DNA from: an uncultured Actinomycetes bacterium
GTDB taxonomy: Bacteria; Actinomycetota; UBA4738; HRBIN12
Reading direction: 5' to 3'
DNA: 64,000 bases
NCBI GenBank assembly: GCA_963704885.1
Contig: CAVPIB010000001.1
Location: 896,001-960,000, forward strand
Part shown: piece by piece, positions 48,007 to 56,662 of the stretch
How the letters are laid out: the number at the start of each line of letters is the position of its first letter
Numbering within the stretch: the stretch's first letter is position 1
Notes under the pieces: generated by a model
What the model was told of the DNA's origin: nothing
What the model saw: the letters and a program-made list of their open reading frames with translations, nothing else
Database searches by the model: none
Translations under genes and position numbers: made by a program

Positions 48007-48465
48007 ATGGTCGGCTACTGGGACGAGATGTTCGCGTTGGAGCGCCGCGTCGATGAGTTGATGCGGTCCTTCCTTGGTGCCCGGATATCCCCGACCCTCA
48101 AGACGTTCAGGCCCACGACGGACGTGTTCGATCGCGAGGGCGATCTGGTGATCCGGGTCGAGCTGCCGGGGGTCGATGCGACCAAGGACGTGAAGGTGAG
48201 CGTCGAGGAAGGTGCCCTGGTTATCGCCGGAGAGAGGCGTCAGCACGGCGAGATCCGGGATGATGCCTACTACCGGATGGAAACGTCTTACGGCACATTC
48301 ACCCGGCGGGTTCCACTGCCGGAGGGTGTCGACGAAGACACGATCACGGCCGAGTACAAGGACGGCGTGCTCGAGGTCGTCGTGCCGAAGGCGGCAGCGC
48401 GGATCGAGGCTCCTGAGATGAAGGAGATCCCGGTCCGCACCGCGAAGGCTGTCAAGGCAGCCTAG
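48007..48465 (+). CDS. Hsp20/alpha-crystallin small heat-shock protein
   Basis: ELPGVD, YGTFTRRVPLP, AEYKDGVLEV-x-VPK; SD GGAGG. Confidence 0.93.
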   Translation: MVGYWDEMFALERRVDELMRSFLGARISPTLKTFRPTTDVFDREGDLVIRVELPGVDATKDVKVSVEEGALVIAGERRQHGEIRDDAYYRMETSYGTFTRRVPLPEGVDEDTITAEYKDGVLEVVVPKAAARIEAPEMKEIPVRTAKAVKAA

Positions 48466-48542
48466 GAACGCCTCGCATCGTGCGGCCCGGCTCGCCGGTG
48501 GCGGCCGGACCGCACGACCGGCGTGAGAGGGAGGTGCGGGAG

Positions 48543-49223
48543 ATGTCACGGACGGTCGGAGACCTGATGACCAAGAGCGTGGTGACGGTCCGCGAGGACT
48601 CCACCTTCCGCGAGTTGGTCGAGTTGATGCACAAGTGCCGAGTGAGCGCGCTACCGGTGGTTGATGCCAGCGGGGCGGTCCTGGGCGTCGTCTCCGAAGC
48701 CGATCTTCTGGTGAAGGAGGACCCCGACGTATTGGTCCCGCGCTTCTTCGACCGCCGGGTCCGCCGGATCGAGCGCGGGAAAGCGACCGCCGTCATGGCT
48801 CGCGACCTCATGACCGCGCCTGCGGTCACGGTGCCCGAGGATGCAAGCGTGCCCGATGCTGCACACATGATGCGCAGACGGGGAGTCAAGCGGCTCTTCG
48901 TGACCGACGCGGCCGGAAAGGTCGTGGGCGTGGTGTCGCGCGCCGATCTGTTGCTCGCCTTCCTGCGTCCCGACGCGGATATCGCCGGCGACGTGGAGGA
49001 GCTCCTGCGTCACGACGCGTCTGTCGTTCCGGGGACCTTCAAGGTCTACGTCGAAGACGGCGTCGTGCACGTCGAGGGGAAGGTCGAGCAGCGCACAGCC
49101 GAGGCCGAGCTCGCGGCCGAGATCCGCGCGATCGAGGGCGTCGTTAGCGTCGACGCTCACGTGACCTGGGATCTGGACGACACCGTCGGAGCCGGCTTCG
49201 GGCCGGGGTGGATGGGAGTCTGA
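48543..49223 (+). CDS. CBS-pair plus BON domain protein
   Basis: VGDLMT, SALPVVD, GVVSEADLL, ARDLMT, GVVSRADLL; C-terminal BON-like VEDGVVHVEG...GVVSV. Confidence 0.88.
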   Translation: MSRTVGDLMTKSVVTVREDSTFRELVELMHKCRVSALPVVDASGAVLGVVSEADLLVKEDPDVLVPRFFDRRVRRIERGKATAVMARDLMTAPAVTVPEDASVPDAAHMMRRRGVKRLFVTDAAGKVVGVVSRADLLLAFLRPDADIAGDVEELLRHDASVVPGTFKVYVEDGVVHVEGKVEQRTAEAELAAEIRAIEGVVSVDAHVTWDLDDTVGAGFGPGWMGV

Positions 49224-49825
49224 GAGCCCGTCAGCCCACCGGCGCGCTGGACCGACGGAGATGACTCCGGTTCCTTCGTGCCTTCCGCGCGCTCCGGTCT
49301 GGGCGGGCGGTACCCGAACGTGAGGCCTCGAACTATCACCAGGAACAACGTGATGAGTCCCGTCACCACGTAGACGGCGAACATCCACGGACTCGACGAG
49401 TCGGAGCCGGCGAAGACCCCGTGGGCGAGCGCCAGGGTGAAGGTCGGGACGGACAGCAGGTGGATCGCGCGCCAGGCCTTGGTACCCAACCGTTTACGAG
49501 CCCACGAGGACGCGAGGATCACGACCATGCCGTACATCGCCGCGATCCCCAGGGCGACGGCGAAGGGTCGATAGCTGGTGCGCATCGGCACCAAGAGGTC
49601 GATCGCGCCGAACGGCATGAACGTGTCGACGAGCAGGCCGCCCAGGTGGATCAGGAGCAGGGCCAGCCCGGCGCTCGCCACCACGCCGTGAAACAGCGTC
49701 GAGGTCACCTTGGATACCCGCTTCGTGACCAGCGACGTCGAGGCGATCAGCCCCCACGTCACCGCGAGCCACAGCGCTACGTACGAGCCGATGCCCGCGG
49801 CTCGGAGGAGGACCCAGTTCGTCAA
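49157..49825 (-). CDS. Ferric reductase-like transmembrane (heme b) protein
   Basis: W-x-x-x-RAAG; four TM His residues (FHG, IHL, WRAIHLLS, AHG). TTG overlaps the ApbE stop. The C-terminal tail may be extended by an indel. Confidence 0.8.
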   Translation of the reverse strand: MTNWVLLRAAGIGSYVALWLAVTWGLIASTSLVTKRVSKVTSTLFHGVVASAGLALLLIHLGGLLVDTFMPFGAIDLLVPMRTSYRPFAVALGIAAMYGMVVILASSWARKRLGTKAWRAIHLLSVPTFTLALAHGVFAGSDSSSPWMFAVYVVTGLITLFLVIVRGLTFGYRPPRPERAEGTKEPESSPSVQRAGGLTGSQTPIHPGPKPAPTVSSRSQVT

Positions 49826-50703
49826 GCTGCCTCCACCGAGAAGTTCGTCCTGAGCTCGCCGTCGGCCGTCGCTATCGCGCCGGTGATCGTCGCGAGCGCC
49901 GAAGGCCCGGTCAGCAGTGCCCATTTGGCCCAGACCTCGGCCTCAGCGCAGGTGGGCGCCCATACCGTGGCCTGCAGCACGTGAGCATCCGAGGGGAGCC
50001 CCGTTCGAGGATCGATCAGGTGATGTAGATCCGGGCCCCATGCCCTCTTCGTGATCGACGACGACGCGAGAGCCCCTGCCCGCAGGAGGACGCGAGCGAC
50101 CTCGACCTCGCGGTTGACCGGATCCTCGATGACCACTTCGCCCCCCGGCGCGTCACCGGCCATCCGGAGGTCGCCTCCTGCGCTGATGAACGTCCAGGGG
50201 AGCCCAGTCCGCAGCGCGGCGTCCACCGCCAGATCCACCGTCCATCCCTTCGCCACACCTCCGAGGTCCAGGCCGACACCGGCCGGCAGCCGCAGCGCTC
50301 CGGGGCGGACCTCGATCTCGGCCCATCGACCGCACGGACGCGGAGGTCGCAGCGCTCCGCGGGCACCGGCCAGCACCTCGTCGAGGTCCCGGTCGTATCC
50401 TGCGGCGACCACCGCGTCCAACGCCGCGGGATCGAACAACCCCCCGGTTCGCTCCGCTTGTTCGAGAGCGAACCGCACCAGACCCTCGAACCCGTGGGAG
50501 ACCGCGGTCCATCGGCCCGCCGCCGCGTTCACCGATGAGATCTCGCTGTCGCCGCGGAACCGCGAGAAACGTCGCTCCTGCGAGTGGAAGACCGAGCGGA
50601 TCTGCGACAGGGCATCCACCCGCTGGCGGAGGTCGGACGTCGAGGGCGTGATGACGAGCACCTCCGTGCCCATGGCCCGGAACCGATGGTGTAGGCCTTC
50701 CAT
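49822..50703 (-). CDS. apbE: FAD:protein FMN transferase
   Basis: FRAMGT, FSRFRGDSE, TGGLFDP, LDLGGVAKG, SAGGDL, ASSS, HHLIDPRTG. Confidence 0.92.
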   Translation of the reverse strand: MEGLHHRFRAMGTEVLVITPSTSDLRQRVDALSQIRSVFHSQERRFSRFRGDSEISSVNAAAGRWTAVSHGFEGLVRFALEQAERTGGLFDPAALDAVVAAGYDRDLDEVLAGARGALRPPRPCGRWAEIEVRPGALRLPAGVGLDLGGVAKGWTVDLAVDAALRTGLPWTFISAGGDLRMAGDAPGGEVVIEDPVNREVEVARVLLRAGALASSSITKRAWGPDLHHLIDPRTGLPSDAHVLQATVWAPTCAEAEVWAKWALLTGPSALATITGAIATADGELRTNFSVEAA

Positions 50704-51023
50704 CACGAGCCGCCGGTGGTGGGCGGAGGCGGGGGAGCGGGCGCCGGGCCGCCCGTTGGGGGAGCCGAGGCCGCACCTCCGGTCGATATCACCTGCACGG
50801 GAGCCGGCCCGGCCGGATCCACGATCACGACCTTCTTGATGATGCGCCGGACGATGATCTTCTGGCGGACCGGCCGGTCCGCGGTGCCTCGGGTGGCCGC
50901 CGCCGGCGTGGGAGCGGCGCCGATGGCACCGATCGCCGATATGAACGCCGCACCGGCCGTCGTCCAAGCCGCGGTTCGAACGAGACGCTTCGACCACCGG
51001 CGCTTGGGTGAACGATCAGTCAT
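50703..51023 (-). CDS. Small exported Pro/Ala-rich protein ending TTGGS; candidate flavinylation substrate
   Basis: Basic N-terminus plus hydrophobic helix; stop overlaps the apbE start. Confidence 0.55.
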   Translation of the reverse strand: MTDRSPKRRWSKRLVRTAAWTTAGAAFISAIGAIGAAPTPAAATRGTADRPVRQKIIVRRIIKKVVIVDPAGPAPVQVISTGGAASAPPTGGPAPAPPPPPTTGGS

Positions 51024-51411
51024 CTTCGCTCTCGTGCTGCTCCTCGTCGTGGTCGTCCTGCTCCTCGTGATCGTCACCCTCCTGCCCCTCGTTCTCGTGA
51101 TCTTCGCCCTCGTCGTCGTCGTACATGCCGTCGTCAGAGCCGCTCTGCTCCGCGGCGGAAGGAACACCGGACGACGACGATGTGCTTGGTGCCTGCGAGT
51201 ACACGATCCGCGGGGCGAGGGCGGGGGCCTGCCGGTGCACGACCACCCTCTTGGTGTGGGTGCGGACGATGGGCTCGGGCCGCGAGGCCCGCTCGCCCGC
51301 GTTCGCCACACTCACGCCGGGTCCGGTGAGACCACGCGAGTACGCGAACCCTCCTAGGGCGAGCACCGCCACCAGTCCCGCCGCAACGACCGCTGCCGAG
51401 CGCTTGTTCAT
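51016..51411 (-). CDS. Small exported protein with acidic/His-rich tail
   Basis: SD GGAGGAGG; signal-like N-terminus; tail DDDEGEDHENEGQEGDDHEEQDDHDEEQHESEDD. Confidence 0.7.
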   Translation of the reverse strand: MNKRSAAVVAAGLVAVLALGGFAYSRGLTGPGVSVANAGERASRPEPIVRTHTKRVVVHRQAPALAPRIVYSQAPSTSSSSGVPSAAEQSGSDDGMYDDDEGEDHENEGQEGDDHEEQDDHDEEQHESEDD

Positions 51412-51563
51412 GGCCTTCCTCCTCCTGGTTGGTTCATGGGGACACCGTAGGAGGGTCTCGGCCAGCGGTCGGGCAAAGCTCGCTTAAGGTACGGATAAGC
51501 CTGATCGGAGCGGCCCGCCGGCTCTATGCTTGGCCCCGCCATCCCGGCGAGGAGTTCAACACG

Positions 51564-51977
51564 ATGTTCCAACGGATCCTGGTTGCGGTCGACGGTTCCC
51601 CGCACAGCAGCAAGACCATCCCTGTTGCCGCCGATCTGGCGGCACGCTACGGCGCCACCGTGACGGTGGTGCACGTCCGTGAGCACGAGCGCTACGAGGG
51701 GCAGGACGTCGACCTGGGCCCCCCGCAGGACGCGGAGTCCCTGGTCGAGGCCACCCTGCAGCGCTTCCGTGACGCGGGCGTCTCGGTGGCCGGTGAGATC
51801 CGCCGCGTCACTCCGGGCAACACGCCCAAGGAGATCGTCGAGGTGGCGAACGATACCGGCGCCGAGCTCATCGTGATGGGGACACGGGGGATGACCGAGT
51901 GGAAGAGCCTGGTGCTGGGGGGCGTCGCGAACAAGGTCGTGCAGCACGCCGGCTGCCCCGTCCTGCTGGTCCGCTGA
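51564..51977 (+). CDS. Universal stress protein
   Basis: ILVAVDGS, LIVMGTRG, LGGVANKV, CPVLLVR. Confidence 0.93.
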   Translation: MFQRILVAVDGSPHSSKTIPVAADLAARYGATVTVVHVREHERYEGQDVDLGPPQDAESLVEATLQRFRDAGVSVAGEIRRVTPGNTPKEIVEVANDTGAELIVMGTRGMTEWKSLVLGGVANKVVQHAGCPVLLVR

Positions 51978-51996
51978 GTTCCGCGCTATCCGAACG

Positions 51997-52842
51997 TCAT
52001 GAGCCGGCGGATCGCTCTGGCGCGACCTGCGCCGCCAGGCGGCGATCGGCGGTCGAGAGGATCTGCTCCAGGTCGCTCGGGTGCTCGGGGTCGTACAAGG
52101 CGCTCCCCACCGATAGCGAGAGAGAGCGCGGGTGATCCGATCGCGCGTCGTGCACGGCGATCGCCTCCACCAGGCGGGAGAGAACCGTAGCCTCGGCGCC
52201 GCGCGCCTCTCCGGTGAGCAGCACGCAGAACGTTCCGGGCGTGATCCGCGCCGGCACGTCCGCGTCGCGAACGGCCTCCAGGAGCACGGAGGCGGCGTCG
52301 CGCGCGACGTCCGCGGCATCCCCGGTCGGTGCCGCCTGGTCGAGACCTTCCAGCCGCACGAACAGGAACACGACCGGGGTCTTCGCTCGCTCGGCCATCC
52401 GGAGGTGATGCTCGGCGATCGGCGCGAAGCCGCGGAGGTTGGGCAGGCCGGTTTCGTCGTCCTGCGTCGCCAGCTCCCGCCGGAGTCGACGGAGTCCCAC
52501 GGCGTACCGGATGGCACGGGGCAGCAGGCCGTGAGGGATGGCGCCTCGCACCAGGTGGTCGTCGGCGCCGGCGTGCAACGCCACGGTCCCGTCGGTGGCG
52601 TTCGCCAGGTCCGTGATCACGATCACCGCCGCGTCGGGTGCGTGGGCGCGGAGACCTCCAAGCGTCTCGAGCGGGGAGTCGCCGGTGAGCGACAGGACCA
52701 CGGCGTCGACGTCGGCCGAGAGGATCTCGTCGCCGAGCCGCTCCGCGCGATCCACGGTGAACCCCTCCTCCTGAGCGAGCTCAAGGCGTAGGTCCTCGTC
52801 GCCGTCGCCCACCAGCAGGATCCAGATCGGGTCGTTGGCCAT
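51997..52842 (-). CDS. Receiver-like plus degenerate GGDEF domain protein
   Basis: ALHAGADDHL; D-x-x-TGLPN-x-RGF; the active-site position reads ARITPGTF instead of R-x-GGDEF; LS-x-G; AD. Confidence 0.75.
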   Translation of the reverse strand: MANDPIWILLVGDGDEDLRLELAQEEGFTVDRAERLGDEILSADVDAVVLSLTGDSPLETLGGLRAHAPDAAVIVITDLANATDGTVALHAGADDHLVRGAIPHGLLPRAIRYAVGLRRLRRELATQDDETGLPNLRGFAPIAEHHLRMAERAKTPVVFLFVRLEGLDQAAPTGDAADVARDAASVLLEAVRDADVPARITPGTFCVLLTGEARGAEATVLSRLVEAIAVHDARSDHPRSLSLSVGSALYDPEHPSDLEQILSTADRRLAAQVAPERSAGS

Positions 52843-52969
52843 CCATTCCTCCGGTGCGGTCCGTCCGGTCAGCGGCTCATCCTATCGGCCGAGGTGACCG
52901 ACCCCCGTCACAGGAACGCCATGCGCGAGGGCGGGCGAGGGCCGATACCTCGCCGGTACGCTGGACCGG

Positions 52970-54385
52970 ATGGCATCCGATCCCCAACCCACCGAAGCCG
53001 TGAGGCCGCACCGTCGTGCTGTCCGGACGCTGATCGGAGTGTCGGCGAGCATCGCGCTCGTGGTGTCGGCTGCTTCGGCATCCTCATTCGTGGCCTACGT
53101 ACTGGCTGACCGCGAGATCGGGATCATCCCCCAACCGAGGGGCGGCGGACAGCAGCACGACTTCGGGCCCTGCGCGAACGACGTGTGCAACTACCTGATC
53201 CTTGGCAGCGACTCGCGCTCGGGGCTCTCGGAGCAGGAGCAGGATCAGTTCGGCACCGATCAGGACATCGGCGGTTCGACCCGATCCGACGTGATCATGC
53301 TGGTCCACACCGATCCCGCCCTGGAGAAGGCGATCATCCTGTCCTTCCCCCGCGATCTGTGGGTGAACATCCCGGGTCGAGGCGAGGACAAGATCAACGC
53401 GGCCTTCGAGGGCGGCCTCGAGCACGGCGGGGCGCAACTAGTCGCGAAGACCGTGCAGCAGCTGACCGACCTCAAGATCCACCACGTCCTCTACGTGGAC
53501 CTTGCTGGCTTCCAGGGGATCGTCCGCACCCTAGGCGGCGTCACGATGTGCATACCGGCCGATCTGGCCGATCCATCGACCGGCAGGGTCCAAGATCCGC
53601 TCACCGGATTGGACGTCGCCCCTGGTTGTCAGGAGCTGGATGCCAAGCAGTCACTCGCCTACGTCCGCACGCGCCATCTGCGGTGCGACCTGATCCCCGA
53701 CTTCTCTCGGATCGGCCGACAGCAGCAGTTCCTGCGCGCCGTCTTGAACCGCCTCCTCTCGCCGAGTGAGATAGCGAAGGCGCCATCGCTGATCCGACCC
53801 ATCGCCCACAACCTGGTCGCCGACGAGTCTCTGGATCTGGCCGACATCATCTACCTGGTGAAGCAACTGGAGGGCATCTCAACCGGTGCGGTCGAATTCC
53901 GCGCAGTGCCCGGCACCCCAGGGTTCGAGGGGAGCCTCTCGGTGGTCAAGATGGACCCGGTTGCCGGGGAGATCTTCGCCCGGATCGGCCAGGGCGAGCC
54001 CCTCGGCACCCTGGGGACTCAGTTGACGTCCACACCGACGTCAGAGGCCAACATCGCCGTGCCGGTGGTGGACAACGGATCGGGAGGGACGGCGCTCGAG
54101 GTCGAGCAGGTGCTGGCCGATGCGGGGTTCGACATCACGCCCGGGGTGGTCGACTATGGCGCCTACGGCGCCGCGATCGAGGGGTCCGCGATCGTGTACA
54201 AGCCGGGCCATCTTACGGAGGCGGAGGTCGTGCAGAAGTATTTCCCAAACCTTCGACTGGCAGAGGCTCCCGCCGGCGCGTTGAAGGGCAGCCCGGTCGC
54301 GGTCTTCGTGTCCGGCTCCTTCCGGCTCCAGCCAGTGGGCACAGGTGGTGGCGACACTTCGGACTGCGTCACGGCGGGGGCCTGA
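52970..54385 (+). CDS. LCP (LytR-CpsA-Psr) family glycopolymer transferase with LytR C-terminal domain
   Basis: LILGSDSR, RSDVIML, SFPRDL, KINAAF, YVRTRH, DFSRIGRQQQFL. Confidence 0.92.
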   Translation: MASDPQPTEAVRPHRRAVRTLIGVSASIALVVSAASASSFVAYVLADREIGIIPQPRGGGQQHDFGPCANDVCNYLILGSDSRSGLSEQEQDQFGTDQDIGGSTRSDVIMLVHTDPALEKAIILSFPRDLWVNIPGRGEDKINAAFEGGLEHGGAQLVAKTVQQLTDLKIHHVLYVDLAGFQGIVRTLGGVTMCIPADLADPSTGRVQDPLTGLDVAPGCQELDAKQSLAYVRTRHLRCDLIPDFSRIGRQQQFLRAVLNRLLSPSEIAKAPSLIRPIAHNLVADESLDLADIIYLVKQLEGISTGAVEFRAVPGTPGFEGSLSVVKMDPVAGEIFARIGQGEPLGTLGTQLTSTPTSEANIAVPVVDNGSGGTALEVEQVLADAGFDITPGVVDYGAYGAAIEGSAIVYKPGHLTEAEVVQKYFPNLRLAEAPAGALKGSPVAVFVSGSFRLQPVGTGGGDTSDCVTAGA

Positions 54386-54386
54386 T

Positions 54387-55445
54387 GTGCGGGCCCTGAT
54401 CCTGGCCGGTGGCGAGGGGTCGAGGTTGCGCCCGCTGACCCACACGAACGCCAAGCAGTTGATCCCCGTTGCGGGCGAACCGATCCTGTTCCACGCTTTG
54501 GGGGCGATCCGCGATGCGGGCATAGCCGAGGTCGGGATCGTGATCGGACAGACCGGCGACGAGATCCGTGCCGCGGTCGGTGACGGCTCTGCCTGGGGTC
54601 TGGCCGTCACCTACATCACGCAACCTCAGCCTCTCGGTCTGGCGCACGCGGTCCTCGTGGCCCGCGACTTCGTCGCGGGCCAGCCCTTCCTCATGTACCT
54701 GGGCGACAACGTCCTGCTCGAGGGGCTCGCGCGCTTCGTGGACGAGTTCGAGCGCACGCGTCCCGACGCTCAGATCTTCCTGGCGCGCGTCCCCGAGCCC
54801 GAACGGTTCGGCGTGGCCGTGCTCGAAGGCGACCGCGTGGTGCGGCTGGTCGAGAAACCGACGACCCCCGTGAGCGACCTGGCGCTCGTCGGCGTCTACC
54901 TGTTCGACGATTCGATCATCGAAGCTGCCGACACGTTGGAGCCGTCGGCTCGCGGCGAGTACGAGATCACGGAGGCGATCCAGTGGTTGATCGACCAAGG
55001 GAGAACGGTAAGGGCCGAGATGGTCGAGGGGTGGTGGAAGGACACGGGTCGTCCCTCGGATCTATTGGAGGCCAACCGAGTCATGCTCTCGGTGCTGGAT
55101 CCGGGGATCGACGGCGAGATCGACGGGTCGTCCACCCTCACCGGCGCCGTCCGGCTGGCCCGCGGAGCGAAGGTGGTCCGATCCCAGATCCTGGGCCCGG
55201 TGGCGATCGGAGCCGACACCGTGATCGAGGACTCGATCATCGGTCCGAACGTGTCGATCGAGCGGGATGGCCATGTCGAGCGGAGCACCGTGGAGGACTC
55301 CATCGTCATGGCGGGATGCCAGATACTCGACGTGCACTCGTTGTCCGGCTCGATCCTGGGACGCAACGTCGAGGTGCGTCATTCGGGCAGCGGCGGCGTG
55401 TATCGGTTGGTGGTGGGCGACCAGAGCCGTGTCGAGGTCGACTGA
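54387..55445 (+). CDS. rmlA: Glucose-1-phosphate thymidylyltransferase (long form)
   Basis: LAGGEGSRLRPLT, KQLIPVA, LGLAHAV, YLGDN, VEKP, WKDTG. Confidence 0.9.
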   Translation: MRALILAGGEGSRLRPLTHTNAKQLIPVAGEPILFHALGAIRDAGIAEVGIVIGQTGDEIRAAVGDGSAWGLAVTYITQPQPLGLAHAVLVARDFVAGQPFLMYLGDNVLLEGLARFVDEFERTRPDAQIFLARVPEPERFGVAVLEGDRVVRLVEKPTTPVSDLALVGVYLFDDSIIEAADTLEPSARGEYEITEAIQWLIDQGRTVRAEMVEGWWKDTGRPSDLLEANRVMLSVLDPGIDGEIDGSSTLTGAVRLARGAKVVRSQILGPVAIGADTVIEDSIIGPNVSIERDGHVERSTVEDSIVMAGCQILDVHSLSGSILGRNVEVRHSGSGGVYRLVVGDQSRVEVD

Positions 55446-55466
55446 GTCTCGACTAGCCTTTCCGGC

Positions 55467-56627
55467 GTGCGAGTCGCGATCGATGCCCGCCCGGCGCTAG
55501 ACCCTCGGCGGACCGGCGTGGGGCAGTATGCGCATCGGCTGATCCGTCACCTCCCGCACGCCGATCCCCAGAACGAGTACGTCGCCTGGTACCTCCACGC
55601 GCGCGGGCTGTTCCGCCCACGCTCGTTCTTCGCCGACGCCAAGGCGCCGAACCTGGTCGAGAAGGCGTCGCGGTTCCCCGCGCGGATCTTCCAGCCCATG
55701 TCGTGGCGCCTCGGGGTGCCCAGGGTCGAGTGGTTGGTGGACTTCGACCTGTTCGTGGCCACGAACTTCCTGGCCCCCGCCACGGGACATCCCGGACGGG
55801 TCGTGCCGATGGTGCACGACCTGGCGTTCCGCCACTTTCCGGAGACCGCTCCGCACATCGACGCGCGATGGCGCCGCCGCTTCGCGGCGGCGCTGCAGGA
55901 AGCGCCCGCGATCATGGTCCCCTCGGAGTCGGTGGCACGCGATCTCCGGGAGGCCTACGGCATCGGCGAGGAACGGATCCATGTCATCCACCACGGCGTC
56001 GACGCCGACGTGTTCGCTCCGGCGCCGCAGGGCGCGATCGCCGCGGTCCGCGAACGGTTCGGTATCGACGGTCCCTACGTCTTGTTCCTGGGCGGCATCG
56101 AGCCTCGCAAGAACCTCGAGACGCTCGTCCGAGCGTTCGCTCGTGCCGACGCGCGCGACGTCTTCTTGGTTGTCGCCGGTGGACCCGTCCGCTGGTTCCC
56201 TCAAGCGCTCGAGCGGCTGAACGCGTCGATCGCCCTCCTGCCCGAAGCGGTCCGTGACCGGATCGTGATGACGGGATACGTGAGCGAACGCGACAAGCTT
56301 GCCTTGCTCTCAGGTGCTACGGCGCTCGCGTATCCGTCGCTGTACGAGGGGTTCGGGTTCCCGGTGCTGGAGGCATTCGCGGCGGGCGTTCCGGTCCTGA
56401 CGTCGAACGTGTCCTCGTTGCCCGAGGTCGCCGGCGACGCCGCGGTCCTGGTCGACCCCGGGGACGTCGACGCCGTAGCTGCCGCCCTCACCGAGCTGGT
56501 CGCCGATGAGGATCTGCGGGCCGTGCTGTCCGCAGCCGGCGTGTCAAGGGCCGCACGCTTCACGTGGGAGGCGACGGCGCGGGCCACGGCGTCCGTCATC
56601 CACCAGGCAGCGATGAGCGACGAGTAG
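55467..56627 (+). CDS. Glycosyltransferase family 4
   Basis: TGVGQY, VHDLAF, GGIEPRKN, PSLYEGFGFPVLEA. Confidence 0.92.
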   Translation: MRVAIDARPALDPRRTGVGQYAHRLIRHLPHADPQNEYVAWYLHARGLFRPRSFFADAKAPNLVEKASRFPARIFQPMSWRLGVPRVEWLVDFDLFVATNFLAPATGHPGRVVPMVHDLAFRHFPETAPHIDARWRRRFAAALQEAPAIMVPSESVARDLREAYGIGEERIHVIHHGVDADVFAPAPQGAIAAVRERFGIDGPYVLFLGGIEPRKNLETLVRAFARADARDVFLVVAGGPVRWFPQALERLNASIALLPEAVRDRIVMTGYVSERDKLALLSGATALAYPSLYEGFGFPVLEAFAAGVPVLTSNVSSLPEVAGDAAVLVDPGDVDAVAAALTELVADEDLRAVLSAAGVSRAARFTWEATARATASVIHQAAMSDE

Positions 56628-56662
56628 ACTCGCGACATCCGCTCGCCTCGCCGGGAGCTCCC

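Noticed and set aside
49157-49223. Functional convergent overlap of the ferric reductase and CBS genes
   Set aside because: The tail is low-complexity and an alternate-frame TGA lies at about 49231, so an indel is the simpler explanation.
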